Below the pieces are notes generated by a model, which worked only from the letters and a program-made list of their open reading frames with translations, was not told where the DNA came from and did no database searches. 64,000 nucleotides of DNA, from contig CM082579.2 of assembly GCA_040954595.2 (NCBI GenBank), positions 12,525,834-12,589,833 of the forward strand, given 5' to 3'. Both the position numbers and the translations under genes were made by a program. Source of the DNA: Balanoglossus misakiensis. Its lineage: Eukaryota; Animalia; Hemichordata. Positions 25,677 to 38,843 of this stretch are shown here, piece by piece (the first letter of the stretch is position 1; each line of letters begins with the position of its first letter).

Positions 25677-26433
25677 TAAGTCTTAAGGAGGATCATAATG
25701 ACAGTTTTATGTTGCGACTTACAGGTGATTCTCTGACCATACGAATAGAATGATGGGCCATTTACCACATAATTTGGTAAAAACCATAACATGAATTATT
25801 ATTTAGTTTCAAACTAAAATAATTAAAAAATGCTCAGAGCCTTTAAACTAGTCTATGATATTAACATAAAATTCATTGATTTACTCAAACATTTGCATTC
25901 AAATGTTAAATGTAACTGTACGGCTCTAAGGCACGTATAAGCAGTTTGTAGCTTCAAGTGTTATACCGTCCCATTGTCCCTGTCTCTACAAGTTGACCCC
26001 ATCCTCGATCGGGATAGCTGAAAATCAGAGGTCAAAGGTCAATACGATTAAAAGCTGTTTTTGGCATAAATTTGTCTAAATGTTTTTTTTATTTTGCGTT
26101 CAATCATTGCACATTTAGTTACTCTTTCACATGAAATAAAATGTGCAAATCGATTTCGATTTCGATTTTGATTTTGATTTCGTTTTTTCAACCTTTGAAC
26201 TTTAACCTTTGAACCTTTTAACTTTAAGCGTTGGTGTTGTTGACGTGATGCGACGCGTTTCATCTTGTTTTGGATAGTCTTCGCTCAGAAATATCGTAAT
26301 ACGTAAGTTTTTAGTGTTTTAACTTCTCTGATTTCGCATGGCCGGGGTAAATCACGTGAATATAGGGAGGTCGGTACGGTGACCATAGCAAACGATCTTG
26401 TCCCGACGGCATGATCACGGGCCCGGCACTTGC

Positions 26434-26540
26434 TAGCTGCATAACCGTAGCGCGAGGTTTTGGCTGGGTTTGTGCATGTGGGGGGGTTGGCGTCCAACCC
26501 ACAAGCCCAGCCAAAACCTCGAGCTACGGTTCTGCAGCTA
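26434..26540. mobile_element. 107-bp TAG-ended hairpin mini-element with 9-bp TSD (AcademH-type)
   Basis: TAGCTGCATAACCGTAGC...GCTACGGTTCTGCAGCTA; flanks GGCACTTGC / GGCACATGC. Confidence 0.75.
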
Positions 26541-26761
26541 GGCACATGCATGAGATGATTAGTAATGAACTAGCCATACTTGGCGAGTGTTCGGCTATGA
26601 CATGGCCGCGCCGCCTCCACCTGTTTTGGTGCGGAGTTGTGAAGCACTAGCGGCGCAGCCATAGCCGGTTACTTGCCATACTATACCAGTACTAGTAGGC
26701 TAAGTCACGAACTTGCTTAGTGAGTCCTGGTACGTAGTAGTAGTAGTAGTAGCCCAACGAG

Positions 26762-26832
26762 TAACTGCAGTGCTGTAGACGGTTTTGTCGTCCGACGCCC
26801 AGGCAAAACCTCGAGTTACGGTACTGCAGCTA
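26762..26832. mobile_element. Second, 71-bp copy of the same 9-bp-TSD mini-element
   Basis: TAACTGCAGTGCTGTAG...TTACGGTACTGCAGCTA; flanks CCCAACGAG / CCCTACGAG. Confidence 0.7.
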
Positions 26833-28639
26833 CCCTACGAGTACATTTCGAGATTGTGAGTTGCATGCACATGTTGCCCGTTTGATGATGATTATCTAGA
26901 GGCTATGCCAGTAGAGAGTGGCGTTTTTAAAATTGTGTCTTTCTATTGTGATATGTAACCATGATACATTTACATTTGTCATTGCTGTTTACCTGGGTCT
27001 AAAAATAATTATGGAAAGAATCATTTTTAATATTCTTTTTATATCCTGTACAGGTGTTAAGATCGTATGAATATTTCGGAGTACCTAGAACATTTGGTTA
27101 TACGAGGTAAGGATAATAAAACTATCCTTAAATATCTACAGAAAGATCATGGCATTTCCTGGAGGTAATGTATATATCTACCAATTGTAGTACCAGGGTA
27201 TTACCTAAATATCATAAAGAGCACTAAAATGGCCACTCATTGCTTTTAACTTTGAAACTGTCTTTTGGGTCCACAAGACATGACATACTGTACACACACA
27301 TGTATGCATGTTGATTTGTGTCATACAAACCAATATGGCTGCTGGACGACCATTTTCTTACATTTTTAAGACATTGGCTTATTAATATTAACGAGTTTGT
27401 GTACATGTAGCTGTTTTTTGTATTTTCAATTTTATTGTTGACTCGTATGTCACCTGCAATTTAATTGCAAGCTATAAAACTCAAAGCACTTTGTGGACAG
27501 AGATGTAGGCTGTGTTAGATAGTTAGAGATGTAGGGTTATTTAATTGTTCAGAAGATGTAACGATGATGGTGTGAACAGTTTAGAAAAGCAGTGCTTCAA
27601 GCCAGCATCTTGGTCAAACTACTACAGAGATGAATCTGTAGCACTTTGTAAGGCTTTCCCAAGTCAAATGCTTCTCAAAACTATTTTTTTATTTATTCCT
27701 GTAGTATTGCAGTGGAATAGCGGAGAGCAAGACATGGTGTATTTCCTTCACAATTCAGTAGGTTTCTTATACAATCGCCACCAAGATCAGCTTTTGCGCA
27801 CATGATGTGCATACAAACACATGCGTGCACACACACACACACACACGTGTATACCCATGCACACTCATTCAGAGCGTCTCTCACTCTGATCAATTCCGTA
27901 AATAAGAGTGCCTATCAGCTTCAAATACGAAGTAATTTGGTGGTGCGAGTTGAGACTTAGCTTAGCTATATGTATATTTGAATCAGACAATATGTGCAAT
28001 ATTGTAGCTATCTGTTGTGTACTTGATTGTTACCCCCTTCACCCTCCAATATTTGGTATGGCCCCAATGTTGTCAGTGGTATGGTTGGACCTATGACTGT
28101 ACAGAAAATTAGGGTGAAAAGGTTTGGCGGGCTTTAGAGACTTTTGATTTTTTTTTGTACAGACTTGCATAGACGTTAATTTTTTCATTTTGCATAAAAT
28201 TGCAAGCAAATTGATTTTAGCCTGTTTGCTTTACTTTGTGGGTCCTTAATTCGGTTTTATCTTTAAAAATTTGTATTCTGTAACCTATTCCTATTCCGAA
28301 TTTTAACCTTTTCTTCAGAATCTTCAGAATCATGCAACTGCTCAGACTATCTCAGATATTGTTATATTTTTAACAACATCCTTTTTATGGCAAATAAATA
28401 TATTTAAGTCTGAACCACGTGTGAAAAAGTCTCTTCTGTCATGTAGGCTGTGTTGAACATGAAATTGACCGTATGTGTTGTTGATTTTGTTATGTTTTGT
28501 TGAAAGGCAGCTTTACGTCGCGATGAGGGGTCTTATGACACCAATGATTCGTCACCAAAACTTTCAAAGGGGTGAAATAGCGCCCTCTGGCGACGAACAA
28601 CTGATAGCTACAACGGTCAGAGTTCAAAGGTTGAAAAAA

Positions 28640-28930
28640 CGAAATCAAAATCAAAATCAAAATCAAAATCAAAATTCAGATCGTTTTTCATTTCGTAAAT
28701 CGAAATCAAAATCAAAATTTAGATCGTTTTTTATTTCGTAAATCAAAATCGAAATGGAAATCAAAATCAAAATCTAGATCGTTTTTCATTTCATAAATCA
28801 AAATCAAAATCAAAATCAAAATCGAAATCGAAATCAAAATTTAGATCGTTTTTCATTTCGTAAATCGAAATCAAAATCAAAATTTAGATCGTTTTTTATT
28901 TCGTAAATCAAAATCGAAATGGAAATCAAA
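28640..28930. repeat. (AAAATC)n / AGATCGTTTTTCATTTCGTAAATC repeat array
   Basis: Directly visible tandem hexamers within a longer higher-order unit. Confidence 0.85.
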
Positions 28931-29972
28931 GTTAAAGTTAAAATTAAAGTTAAAATTAAACAGAAATTAAAAGTTAAAAACAAAGTTAAAGAAAATTCAA
29001 GCTAAGATTTAAGTATAAACACAAAAACGAACAAGAAGTAAAAAAAAAAGTCACAAATAGTATTCTTGTTTCATGAGCCTTCTCGGTTGCCGTACAGTAT
29101 ACATAATCAGGTGGTGTGCATGGTCGCGCAGACGACGCGCAACAAAAACATTGGAAAATTTGAGTCACGCACTCATGCTATAAACATGTATATAGGCCAT
29201 ACAGGACTATAATTTGCTTTGTCACATGGTCTTACTATAATTGCTGATGTTTTCTGGTTGGAACACTTATCATCGGCACTGCACTACGATTGTATAGACT
29301 AGAATTTTCTTACAGATCAATATGTAACTACATGTATCAGTATACATTGTTATTTACCTGATGTGCGTGGTCGAGGTATGTATATAGGTCATATAGGCAT
29401 GTATATAGGTCAAATAGGTCATATTTTGAGTCACGTGAGACGGTGATATATTTACTTCCGCAACGTAATTGCGCATTGCTGGCAGTAAAGTTCTAATCTA
29501 ATGAAAAAAGGTAAGTACATTTTCAGCTCCTTTAGTAAAAGTGTAGATGTATGTTATCCTGACGTACCGTTCGTTTATTTTCTGTTCGCTCGATATTTTC
29601 TCAGAACTGCCAAGTCCAGATCTGGACCTTTTAGTGAGAGTTGTACAATTTAACTGAATACATGGACGTTTACTAACAGTAAACATCTCGTTTCGGACCG
29701 AGGTCTTTACCTGTGACCACTGACAGCTTGTATTGTACAGGGTTTTGAAAGAAGGCGTGAAGAGACAGAAATCGTCAGGTACCACACTTAGTAAAGGCAT
29801 GTATATAAATGTTGTTCCAGGTGTCGTTCGTTCGTTCATTCTTTGCGACGCGTTAAGATAGTAAGACGAAGAAAATATACACCACAGTTTTTGACGCTTG
29901 GGACGCGTCACATGCGTCAAGTACTATACGCATTCGACGTGCTACATGTTTTCATTTATTGAACGTAAAGTA

Positions 29973-30162
29973 CTGTAGAACACTTTATTTTCGCGTGTTG
30001 AAATTTTCGCGATATCGCGAGAGGCCACTGTTTCGCGAGTATTATTTTTCGCGTTGTCTTATTTCATTCACTGCATCGTTATTTTCAAGAAAAATTTACG
30101 CGACTTTTTATTTCATGCTATTTTGGCTCTCGCGTATTTCACGAAAAGAAAGTGTTTTACAG
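29973..30162. mobile_element. TA-flanked MITE (Tc1/mariner-pogo type)
   Basis: TA + CTGTAGAACACTTTATTTTCGCG ... CACGAAAAGAAAGTGTTTTACAG + TA, with internal TTTTCGCG repeats. Confidence 0.75.
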
Positions 30163-30195
30163 TATGTGTTTTGAAAAAGCATTCATGTGTGCAAC

Positions 30196-30222
30196 CATAG
30201 ACCGTGAGAAATAGGGTCTATG
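30196..30222. mobile_element. 27-bp minimal P-element-like insertion
   Basis: CATAGACC-N11-GGTCTATG flanked by a perfect 7-bp direct repeat GTGCAAC. Confidence 0.65.
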
Positions 30223-31058
30223 GTGCAACCACCGATATATATATACCATTCTACCACCAGACGCCGCAAATTTGTATATCAGACATGTCAATATCCTTTT
30301 AACACATTTTCATCCTCAACTGGCTCCTCTAAAACCATTCATACAGACGAACACATTTCGTTTGACCAATACGTATATCTGCGAATGTCATACAAGAATG
30401 CAATCATATATACATATGGCCTTTCGGACTGTTTTTCATGCTTACTGCTTGTATGAAAAATGTCGTAAATGTCTTTCATCTGGTTACTTTACATAACATA
30501 AAAAGTCAGGGTATGTTAAACTAGAGTCAGTTCAAGGCCTCGTCGCTTCGCCAGTGAAAAGAGCGCCTCGGGACATGGTGATTTCCGCGTTCCAACATAT
30601 TTATAACTACCTCATCATGCATATCTTATAGAAAAGGGGCAGCTTCACGGGTTCGTGGTTTTAGCATAGATCAACGCGTGATGGAATTTTTGCGTTCAAC
30701 ATTGCTAAGCATGCAGGTGGTGGCTAAGTTTCACGCCCTGGAATATGTCCCGAAATGGCCCACTGCACGATCTGCGCGGAACTGACTACTTTTTCATTAG
30801 TCTCGGTTACTCAGAGCCCTCTGCTTCTTCCGTTGAGCACTCCAGAAAGAGGGTCTGGGGAAGACAACAACGAAGCATGATGGTCGACATTTATAGCATT
30901 TGATATTTTGATATGACGATATGCCTATTAGAAAACTATTTACCAAACTTCTCTCCCTCTCTTCAATTTGTAGACAGTTTCAGCTGGTACAGCACTTCTC
31001 AGCATGTTTTTTTTTATGTTTGAGACTACAAACACCATGCATCGCTTTTGTCTCGTCA

Positions 31059-32020
31059 GTGCTTGGAAATGTCCAGGCTCTCACATTCCCCGAGTGTCTG
31101 GATATTTCCAGCCACTGACCTGTCATTGCTTGGAAATTTCCACGCTGTCACATTCCCCGAGTGTCTGGATATTTCCAGCCACTGACCTGTCATTGCTTGG
31201 AAATTTCCAGGCTCTCACATTCCCCGAGTGTCTGGATATTTCCAGCCACTGACCTGTCAGTGCTTGGAAATTTCCAGGCTCTAACATTCCTCGAGTGTCT
31301 GGATATTTCCAGCCACTGACCTGTCATTGCTTGGAAATTTCCAGGCTCTCACATTCCCCGAGTGTCTGGATATTTCCAGCCACTGACCTGTCATTGCTTG
31401 GAAATTTCCAGGCTCTCACATTCCCCGAGTGTCTGGATATTTCCAGCCACTGACCTGTCAGTGCTTGGAAATTTCCAGGCTCTCACATTCCCCGAGTGTC
31501 TGGATATTTCCAGCCACTGACCTGTCATTGCTTGGAAATTTCCAGGCTCTCACATTCCCCGAGTGTCTGGATATTTCCAGCCACTGACCTGTCATTGCTT
31601 GGAAATTTCCAGGCTCTCACATTCCCCGAGTGTCTGGATATTTCCAGCCACTGACCTGTCATTGCTTGGAAATTTCCAGGCTCTCACATTCCCCGAGTGT
31701 CTGGATATTTCCAGCCACTGACCTGTCAGTGCTTGGAAATTTCCAGGCTCTCACATTCCCCGAGTGTCTGGATATTTCCAGCCACTGACCTGTCATTGCT
31801 TGGAAATTTCCAGGCTCTCACATTCCCCGAGTGTCTGGATATTTCCAGCCACTGACCTGTCATTGCTTGGAAATTTCCAGGCTCTCACATTCCTCGAGTG
31901 TCTGGATATTTCCAGCCACTGACCTGTCATTGCTTGGAAATTTCCAGGCTCTCACATTCCCCGAGTGTCTGGATATTTCCAGCCACTGACCTGTCAGTGC
32001 TTGGAAATTTCCAGGCTCTC
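31059..32020. repeat. 67-bp tandem satellite, 14 full copies plus a partial one
   Basis: Unit TTGCTTGGAAATTTCCAGGCTCTCACATTCCCCGAGTGTCTGGATATTTCCAGCCACTGACCTGTCA; copies are near-identical. Confidence 0.95.
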
Positions 32021-33085
32021 GCATTTCACTGACTCTTTTCCAAGTATTTTAGCTGATTTGTGAATGAGCATTGCTTATTTCCTAAAATTCTTACTAAATC
32101 CAACAGTTATGTGTGATACAGATATTAATCTAACAAAAACTTTTAATAGATCTCGGGCTTTAGATTTACTTTTGGATGGTATTATTTTTTCGTGGGGAAA
32201 TTTTACAAACAATTCACACACTTGCAAATTTTCAATATAAATATAACTCATGATAAACATGGAGACAAACTTTCATTAGAAAAAAATCAAAAGGACTGTC
32301 ATGTACGTGGCTTTGAAGGAGACTCAGTTATTTCACAGATTAATTTTAATTTGAGTTTAAAGCCAAAATATGACAAAATGCATTTTTCATGCTGAACAGC
32401 TGCAGGAAAGAAACTAAGAATACTTTTATGTATTTTTTTCATTAGAAATTGGCAAAGAATAGGGAATATTTTCATAAGTTTCTACCTTTTTAGCAATAAT
32501 TATGTAAAAAAGAGGTTTTTCGGAAATTGGAAAATGTTTTTGGTACTGTTATATAGATTGATCATCCGCGCTGTCGAAACTAATCGGACATTTTGACCGG
32601 CCACCATAACAGCGCATTTAACTATGGAATACATGCGGCGAGGACAAGATTCCAGTGTAAAATAGATGAAGGTCAAGTTTTATTGAACGTATTCGTTCGA
32701 AGGGGATTCTACAAAACCATGAACAAAACGAAAAAAGAAAAGAAAAACTGAGTCACTATTAAGATTTCAGGTGATTTTTTAATTAACTGGCAAACAAGGG
32801 ATGTCGCGCACACACATCACGAATTTCTGTCAGGTACGGACACCGGCATGGGTTACTGTCTGAAATTAAAAAAAAAAGATTGACACCTTTATTTCAGTGA
32901 CGCATCGCGCGTTGGTCCAGGGACTCGGCCGAGGCGTCAATGCGTTTCCATTCAACATTTACTGAAGTGTGACCACTGCAATTTATAAGACATTCCTTTT
33001 TCGACGTCTGAGCTAAAAAAAATTACAAAAAAACTGTACAGAAAGTCGGAATGTACCTTTTCGACCCCTCCCCCCGGAGTTTGGG

Positions 33086-33211
33086 TATATAAACGAACCT
33101 TATAAGTAGGCCTACTAGTTTTACCGCAGAATGACGAAGTAATCACTGTGTCGCCACTTTCAAGTTTAAATTTCCAGTTTCCCAGACCCCGGTATAAATT
33201 ACCCTGGATAG
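33086..33211 (+). promoter_or_regulatory. Candidate TATA box and non-coding first exon of the CACHD1-like gene
   Basis: TATATAAA at 33086 and donor-like TAG|GTAAAG at 33211/33212. The downstream coding exon has an acceptor, so an upstream exon must exist, but this assignment is inference. Confidence 0.3.
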
Positions 33212-33759
33212 GTAAAGATTAAATTTCACCGGCCCAGCCTGGCCGGTGATCGCTTATGCAAAGACCGTGGGAGTAACACTGATTGCTTAAAATGAGATAA
33301 ATTAACCGATTTTGCAACCGGAAATGCCAGATTTCAGTAAAACAATGTCTTTTCCTTCCAAGTAATATATTCTTCTTATGAAGTGTCGTCAGACACAGCT
33401 ACGTTGGTATTCAAATATCCAGATGATGGGCAATCTGTCAGTCCATCTATCTCTATGTGACCTCACTCACAATTACATATAATACAAAAAGGGCCCTGGT
33501 GGCATTGCGGCACCTTCGCTCCACACTACTCAATCAGACACAACAAGAAACAATTTTCTCTCTCTGATAAGTTCAAATATAAAAGAAAAACTCGACAGCA
33601 CTCAATCTCTGAACTGCGTCAATATCAAAGAACAACAAAATCAAGCAATTCGATACTGATCACACTAGGTGCACCTTTTTACCACTGAATGTGCACTGCA
33701 AAAAGAAAATGAAATGTTAATCTGTCTCACTGGTAATACAAAAGGAATAAAAGTTCGCT

Positions 33760-34125
33760 ATCAATGTACGTAGCTGTATAAATCAATGTACTCAGCAGTA
33801 GAAATCAATGTACTCCGCTGTATAAATCGATGTACTCGGCAATATGAATCAGCGTACTCCGCTGTATAAATCAATTTACTCAGCAGTAGAAATCAGCGTA
33901 CTCCGCTGTATAAATCGATGTACTCAGCAGTAGAAATCAGCGTACTCCGCTGTATAAATCAATGCACAACAGTAGAAATCAGCGTACTCCGCTGTATAAA
34001 TCAATGTACTCAATAGTATAAATCAGTTCACTTTTCACACAATAGTTCGAAAAATAAAAGTTCACTGTTCACACAATAGTTCAAAAGAAAATAACAGTTC
34101 ACGATCAATGTACTCAGCTGTATGA
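33760..34125. repeat. ~22-bp tandem repeat (AAATCAATGTACTCCGCTGTAT / AAATCAGCGTACTCAGCAGTAG)
   Basis: About a dozen visible units with alternating variants. Confidence 0.85.
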
Positions 34126-34935
34126 CTCAGTTTGCTGTCCCCGTAAACAGTTCCGGCGCTGAATCCAACTTCAACTGGCACAATCCGCTGGCAAATGGCA
34201 AACCACGGCGAATCCCTCAGAACGTCTGCAAACTGCTGCACCCGGCGAATCCCTCGGAACGGCAGCAAACCGCAAACTGTTGCACAGAAAATCGGCGAAT
34301 CCCTCAGAAAGGCAGCAAACAGCGACTGTAGCACACAAACGGCTCGGTGTATCAAAACTGATGGGTCCGCTATCAATACATGTACTCATCTCTCTCCGTC
34401 TCTAGCTCGCTCACATCACACGCCAGCACGACTCATGGGGGCAGCCATCTTGGAAAGTGTTGTTTCGGTCTACGTGTCCGAATCTCCGACTCAACTTCGG
34501 CCCTACTCGGCTCGTCACGCACTCACCATCTAGCTGGAACTTCTTGGCCAATTCAAAAAATATAGTTTCTTTACAAACAACGTCTCGCTCTTCCGAATCA
34601 GAGTCACTGTTGGCACTCCGTCCGCCTGTTTCAGAGACCTGCACGCCTCAATACATGACTTCTGGCTGAAACCTGGGCTGCAATTTCAGACGAAAATCTC
34701 CCAGCAATTTCTGGACGACCAGCTCACGCGTCCTCAAATTTTCCACACTCACTTCCAAAAAAAAACACCAACCACCCGGATGAACCGAGGGCGCTGCTGT
34801 CACCTTTCCAGTAAAAGTCCCCGGATGCTACTCAGTAACCATGGGTTACATCTACCAGACTTTTTAATTTCTCCCTCCGTTCTCTGTCCCTCTTCCTCCC
34901 TCCAGGTTACCAAGTTATAATTAAGTACAGAGAAA

Positions 34936-35109
34936 ATGAGGTCTACAGTGAAGTTGAAGAAAATGAATCCTTCAACAATTACTTTGGCTACAATTTTCGT
35001 ACTTGCCACCATGACAACCAGCGTGACAACTGTCAGTCTTGACGTGGGAAAATTTGCCGAAGAAATTTACAATTTAGCGAATGATGGACTGGGTGTAAAG
35101 GACATGCAG
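34936..35109 (+). CDS. CACHD1: First coding exon of a CACHD1-like (VWFA and cache domain, alpha2delta-related) secreted/membrane protein
   Basis: Strong polypyrimidine acceptor ending AG at 34905. Signal peptide MNPSTITLATIFVLATMTTSVTT. FAEEIYNLANDGLGVKDMQ resembles the CACHD1 N-terminal LASQMRRLAAEELGVVTMQ as recalled. Phase-0 donor CAG|GTAGGA at 35109/35110. Confidence 0.65.
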
Positions 35110-37083
35110 GTAGGAAATGATTAACACAGATGATAAGTATCCTCAATGCTATTGTGTTGTCAAGCATAGTATTACTAATTTCAATGTTGGCACAAGAGCC
35201 GAGGACGGTTACATAAAGGCCTAAACCAAACCAAAGGATGGAACGAATCACAGCAAAAGAGCAGAACATGTAAAAAAATTATGACGCGAAAAAATAGACA
35301 AAAAGGGAATGAATTTTTAGCTGTAAATTATAATATTATTAATCAATGATTGCTTAGTCCTGTACGTGCGCGCCCTTAGCTCAACCCTCACAGCTCGTCA
35401 ACAGGTTATGTTACAATGTAGCCATATTTCGAAGGCGTCAATTTGGCCCTTTTTGGTCTGGCGATTGACTTTGAGCAAACCACTGGGCGTCGTTTGCTAA
35501 ATTTTCGTGGCCAATACGGCAGAAATTGTACTCCAGTTTGCCTAGAAATGGCACACATTCCCAGTTTTGATCGGTATTGAAACTGCCGACACCATCGAAA
35601 AGTAAGGTTAGTTTATATTATCATAAACATACAGCTAAGTAATGATGGTTTCGAATTCGGAGACGGGTTGTCACATGTCTGGACAAAAGTGACATCATGA
35701 CCCCGCGTTCCTGTTTTCCTATCCAGTGGAAATGTTGAAACCTATATTTTGAATGTCTTTGCTTGTATATAATCGAAAACTATCATGCAGTCCTGTAATT
35801 AGCAACTTTGAGAAACTGTCTACCATGCCAACATAGTTCTTACCTGTGGTAACGCAGCTGTACCGATGGCGGGGAGGGGGGGGGGCTGATTTCCCCCACG
35901 GACATTGGGGGTAATCACCCCCCCCCCCCCATGTATGAACATAGTTCATCTCACCAGTATCAGAAATGAACGATAAAAAAGGAAACAAGAAACGAGCTTT
36001 CTTTTGAATAGATTCATTGTAAACCTAAGACTGACTAAACAAGGTGTGACCTTGAACACACAATGGATGCTTTCACTGACGAGTATCTATATAAAACGCC
36101 GGACACAGGGATATTTATGGGGTACACTCCGACATTTCTATATAGGTTACAAGGTTGGAAGGGGGGCACTGGCGAAGTAGGCATCCGTTTTGGGGACATA
36201 GCAATTTGTTTGGCGAAAGAACAAACAAACAAAATAAACAAACAACAACCACCGTCATGACAAGAATGGTGTAAAATGTGTGTGATCTCGCGTTGTCTTG
36301 AATTAATCCGCGCGATCGAGCAGCTGACACATCATCATGAAGTGGCTTGTAAAAGGTCCTGTCCGTATACGCGTATAGTACTTAGGTGGTCAATCTGATT
36401 AAAATCAGATGTAGGGAACGGCGACGTGGGTTTTTTTTATGGTGTCGCCTCACACTACATCTGACCAAGTACTCTCACTGGAGCTCCCGTTGAAATCTTT
36501 GGGATTTAGTGGGCCAGTAAGCCAATCAAAAGGCGTCTTATAGCGAACGGTAGGGATCCAATTATCACATGACCTGGCCCATTGTGGCTGTTACCATGGA
36601 GCTAGACGTATCCCAGCGCGAGAGTCGAATCAGCGTGGGGAATGGTTTCAAGCAATTTCAGCGTGACGAATGAACCTCTATCCACCGGCCACCGAAATGT
36701 ATAAGACGTGGCAACAAGTCGGAGTAAAATTGTTAGAGAATTGATTACATTTGTGTAAGGCCGTCCCAGGGTGAGATTCTGTCGCCACGATCGTTTGTAT
36801 TTCTGCAGAAACGCGTACCGACCGATAGCTCTGCGTACAGGTCTGTGTGGTCCCGGCGTTACACGGCCTCCACAGACAAAACTGGTGCGTCTGCGGTCCT
36901 GATCCGGACCGCAGCTTTTTCGGCCGAAATTCGATGTTATCGAAGCAAAATCCTTTAAATGTCTACTTCTACCTCCTAACCGACTCCAAATATGATGCGA
37001 TTAACTTGTCCTAACGTCCGAACCGCTCGCGTTCTGGTTTATTTCTGTGTCTTTACATGTTGAGATCGCCATAATGAATATAA

Positions 37084-38602
37084 GGGACCGTTCAGTTTTT
37101 ACGGCAGGGGGGGGGGGGTTGGCAAGTTTGTCATCGTTTTTCAAAATCAGGCCGACCCCCCTTCACCCAGGAGCAAAAAATGATGACCCCCCCCCTTTGA
37201 CATACCCAAAAATATGATGAGCCCCCCCCCCCCCCTACGCCGAAAACATTCGCCATCCTGATCCTATGTTCACTGTATGCAATAAAGGAAATGAGGCTCC
37301 TCATACCTCAATTATAAATTTCTTAAAGTAATTGAAGTATATAATAGTATATCGTTGCAATAAAGAAATCTATGAACGAATGAAAATGAAAAGTCAATAC
37401 AATAGTTGCTAGAATTGGTAAAACAAGAAAAGTGGCGGGGGTGGGCACATAAGAACAATTTATAAAATACGGTGCTCAAAGTTGCATTTTAATGAACTCA
37501 AAAGCAAATTAACTCAATGTTAGGGAGGACAAATGTTAACTTTGCCACTCCACTCAAAGTAAGCATCGGGGCGGGGTGGCAAGGAGTCTGCCCTGGTACA
37601 CTAGGCAAACCAGCGAATAAATGAAATGTGGCGAAGAATGGAGGGGGTGGTATTTTGTAAAATATGTAGCGCAAAGTTGCATTTTAATGAACTCAAAAGC
37701 AAATTATCTCATGTTTGGGAGGACCAATTTAACTTCACTCAAAGTTAGAAGATTTGGCGTTATCTTCGTCATGGCATCATTTATAAAACTTCTAGTATAT
37801 AGAAGATGCAGCGCGAAACCATCAGTTATGCGAAATTATATTATATCATGCTACCGTCCGCGATTCTGATTGGACGAGAGCTGAATCCAGCCATGGTAAA
37901 ATACTGTTTTACCATGGCTAGCAGTGGTAAAACGGGCCCCTGAACTAGCATACGGTAGCAAAATGTGCGGTTAAACCAGCAGTCGCGCGTGTTTAAACCA
38001 AATAAATAAAAGAAATATAATGTTGAATTAACGGACGTTTCATTTTGGAACTGCTCTGTGGAAATATTTGTCACTTTGCCACGCGCGATGCCCGTCTTGT
38101 CACTTGTTGTCGTCTGCTTCATGTTTAATGCTCGATCCCACCCGCTCGTGTTTACATTCATCGTCGCCAGGTTGGTTCACGATCGTAATTTCTCTTTCTG
38201 ACGCCGTTTCGGTAAGAAAATGACACTGATATGCCACAAAAACAGTTGTTGATATAATATAATAGCAATAACCCCCGCCTCAGTCGGGTATACACTCGAT
38301 TTGGGTACAATTCGCTCCATATAGCACTCGCCTGACGGCTCGTGCTATATGTCTCGAATTGTACCCAAATCTCGTGTATACCCGCCTGCGGCGGGGGTTA
38401 TTGCTTAATTAGAAAATTTTGTAAAATAAAGGGCGCAAAAGTGCAATTTTGTGGACTCAAAAGCAAAAGTTCGGTGGTAAAAGTATGTGACCCCCTAAAC
38501 GTTTAAAAAAACCATATGACCCCCCTTATGGACTTCAAAATTTAAGTGACACCCTGGATTTTGCCGCCCCCCACCCCCCGGCCGTAAAAACTGAACGGTC
38601 CC
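37084..38602. mobile_element. PIF/Harbinger-type MITE, family A, with a nested hairpin element
   Basis: GGGACCGTTCAGTTTTTACGGC TIRs with TAA TSD on both sides. Confidence 0.9.
37840..38407 (-). mobile_element. Non-autonomous hairpin-ended (Crypton-like) element, copy 1
   Basis: ~145-bp hairpin AGCAATAACCCCCGCC...GGCGGGGGTTATTGCT at the right end and ATTATATCATGC at the left. A reverse-complement copy lies at 54394-54931. Confidence 0.85.
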
Positions 38603-38843
38603 TAAGGCTTACAGCGAGTTGAGCCTTACAGGGCTGGCCATGTACGCCGGGAACACACAGACCGACTGCACTGACTTGACCTTCCTTAGCCGAAGTTAGC
38701 ATTATTTTTAAAATCCTGTCACATTAATGGTTTAGGGATACATGGCAGTGGAAATTGGTTTATTTTTTATAAACTTTTACATGAAGTACGTTATTTTTCG
38801 CGACTGGCGGAATGACTACGAGGGCGACCATGACGAGATTTTA

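Larger units (their letters stand above)
25263..29094. mobile_element. IS3EU-like DNA transposon relic with hexamer (AAAATC/AAAGTT) subterminal arrays
   Basis: Right end ...CTTCTCGGTTGCCGTA (TAYGG-type terminus). Inverted arrays at 25275-25305 and 26150-26225 versus 28620-29010. Internal exon 27054-27163 encodes MNISEYLEHLVIRGKDNKTILKYLQKDHGISW (HTH-like). Left terminus not found. Confidence 0.45.

Noticed and set aside
31059-32020. CRISPR-like regular array with palindromic repeats
   Set aside because: Units are contiguous and near-identical with no unique spacers; there are no cas genes and the context is eukaryotic.
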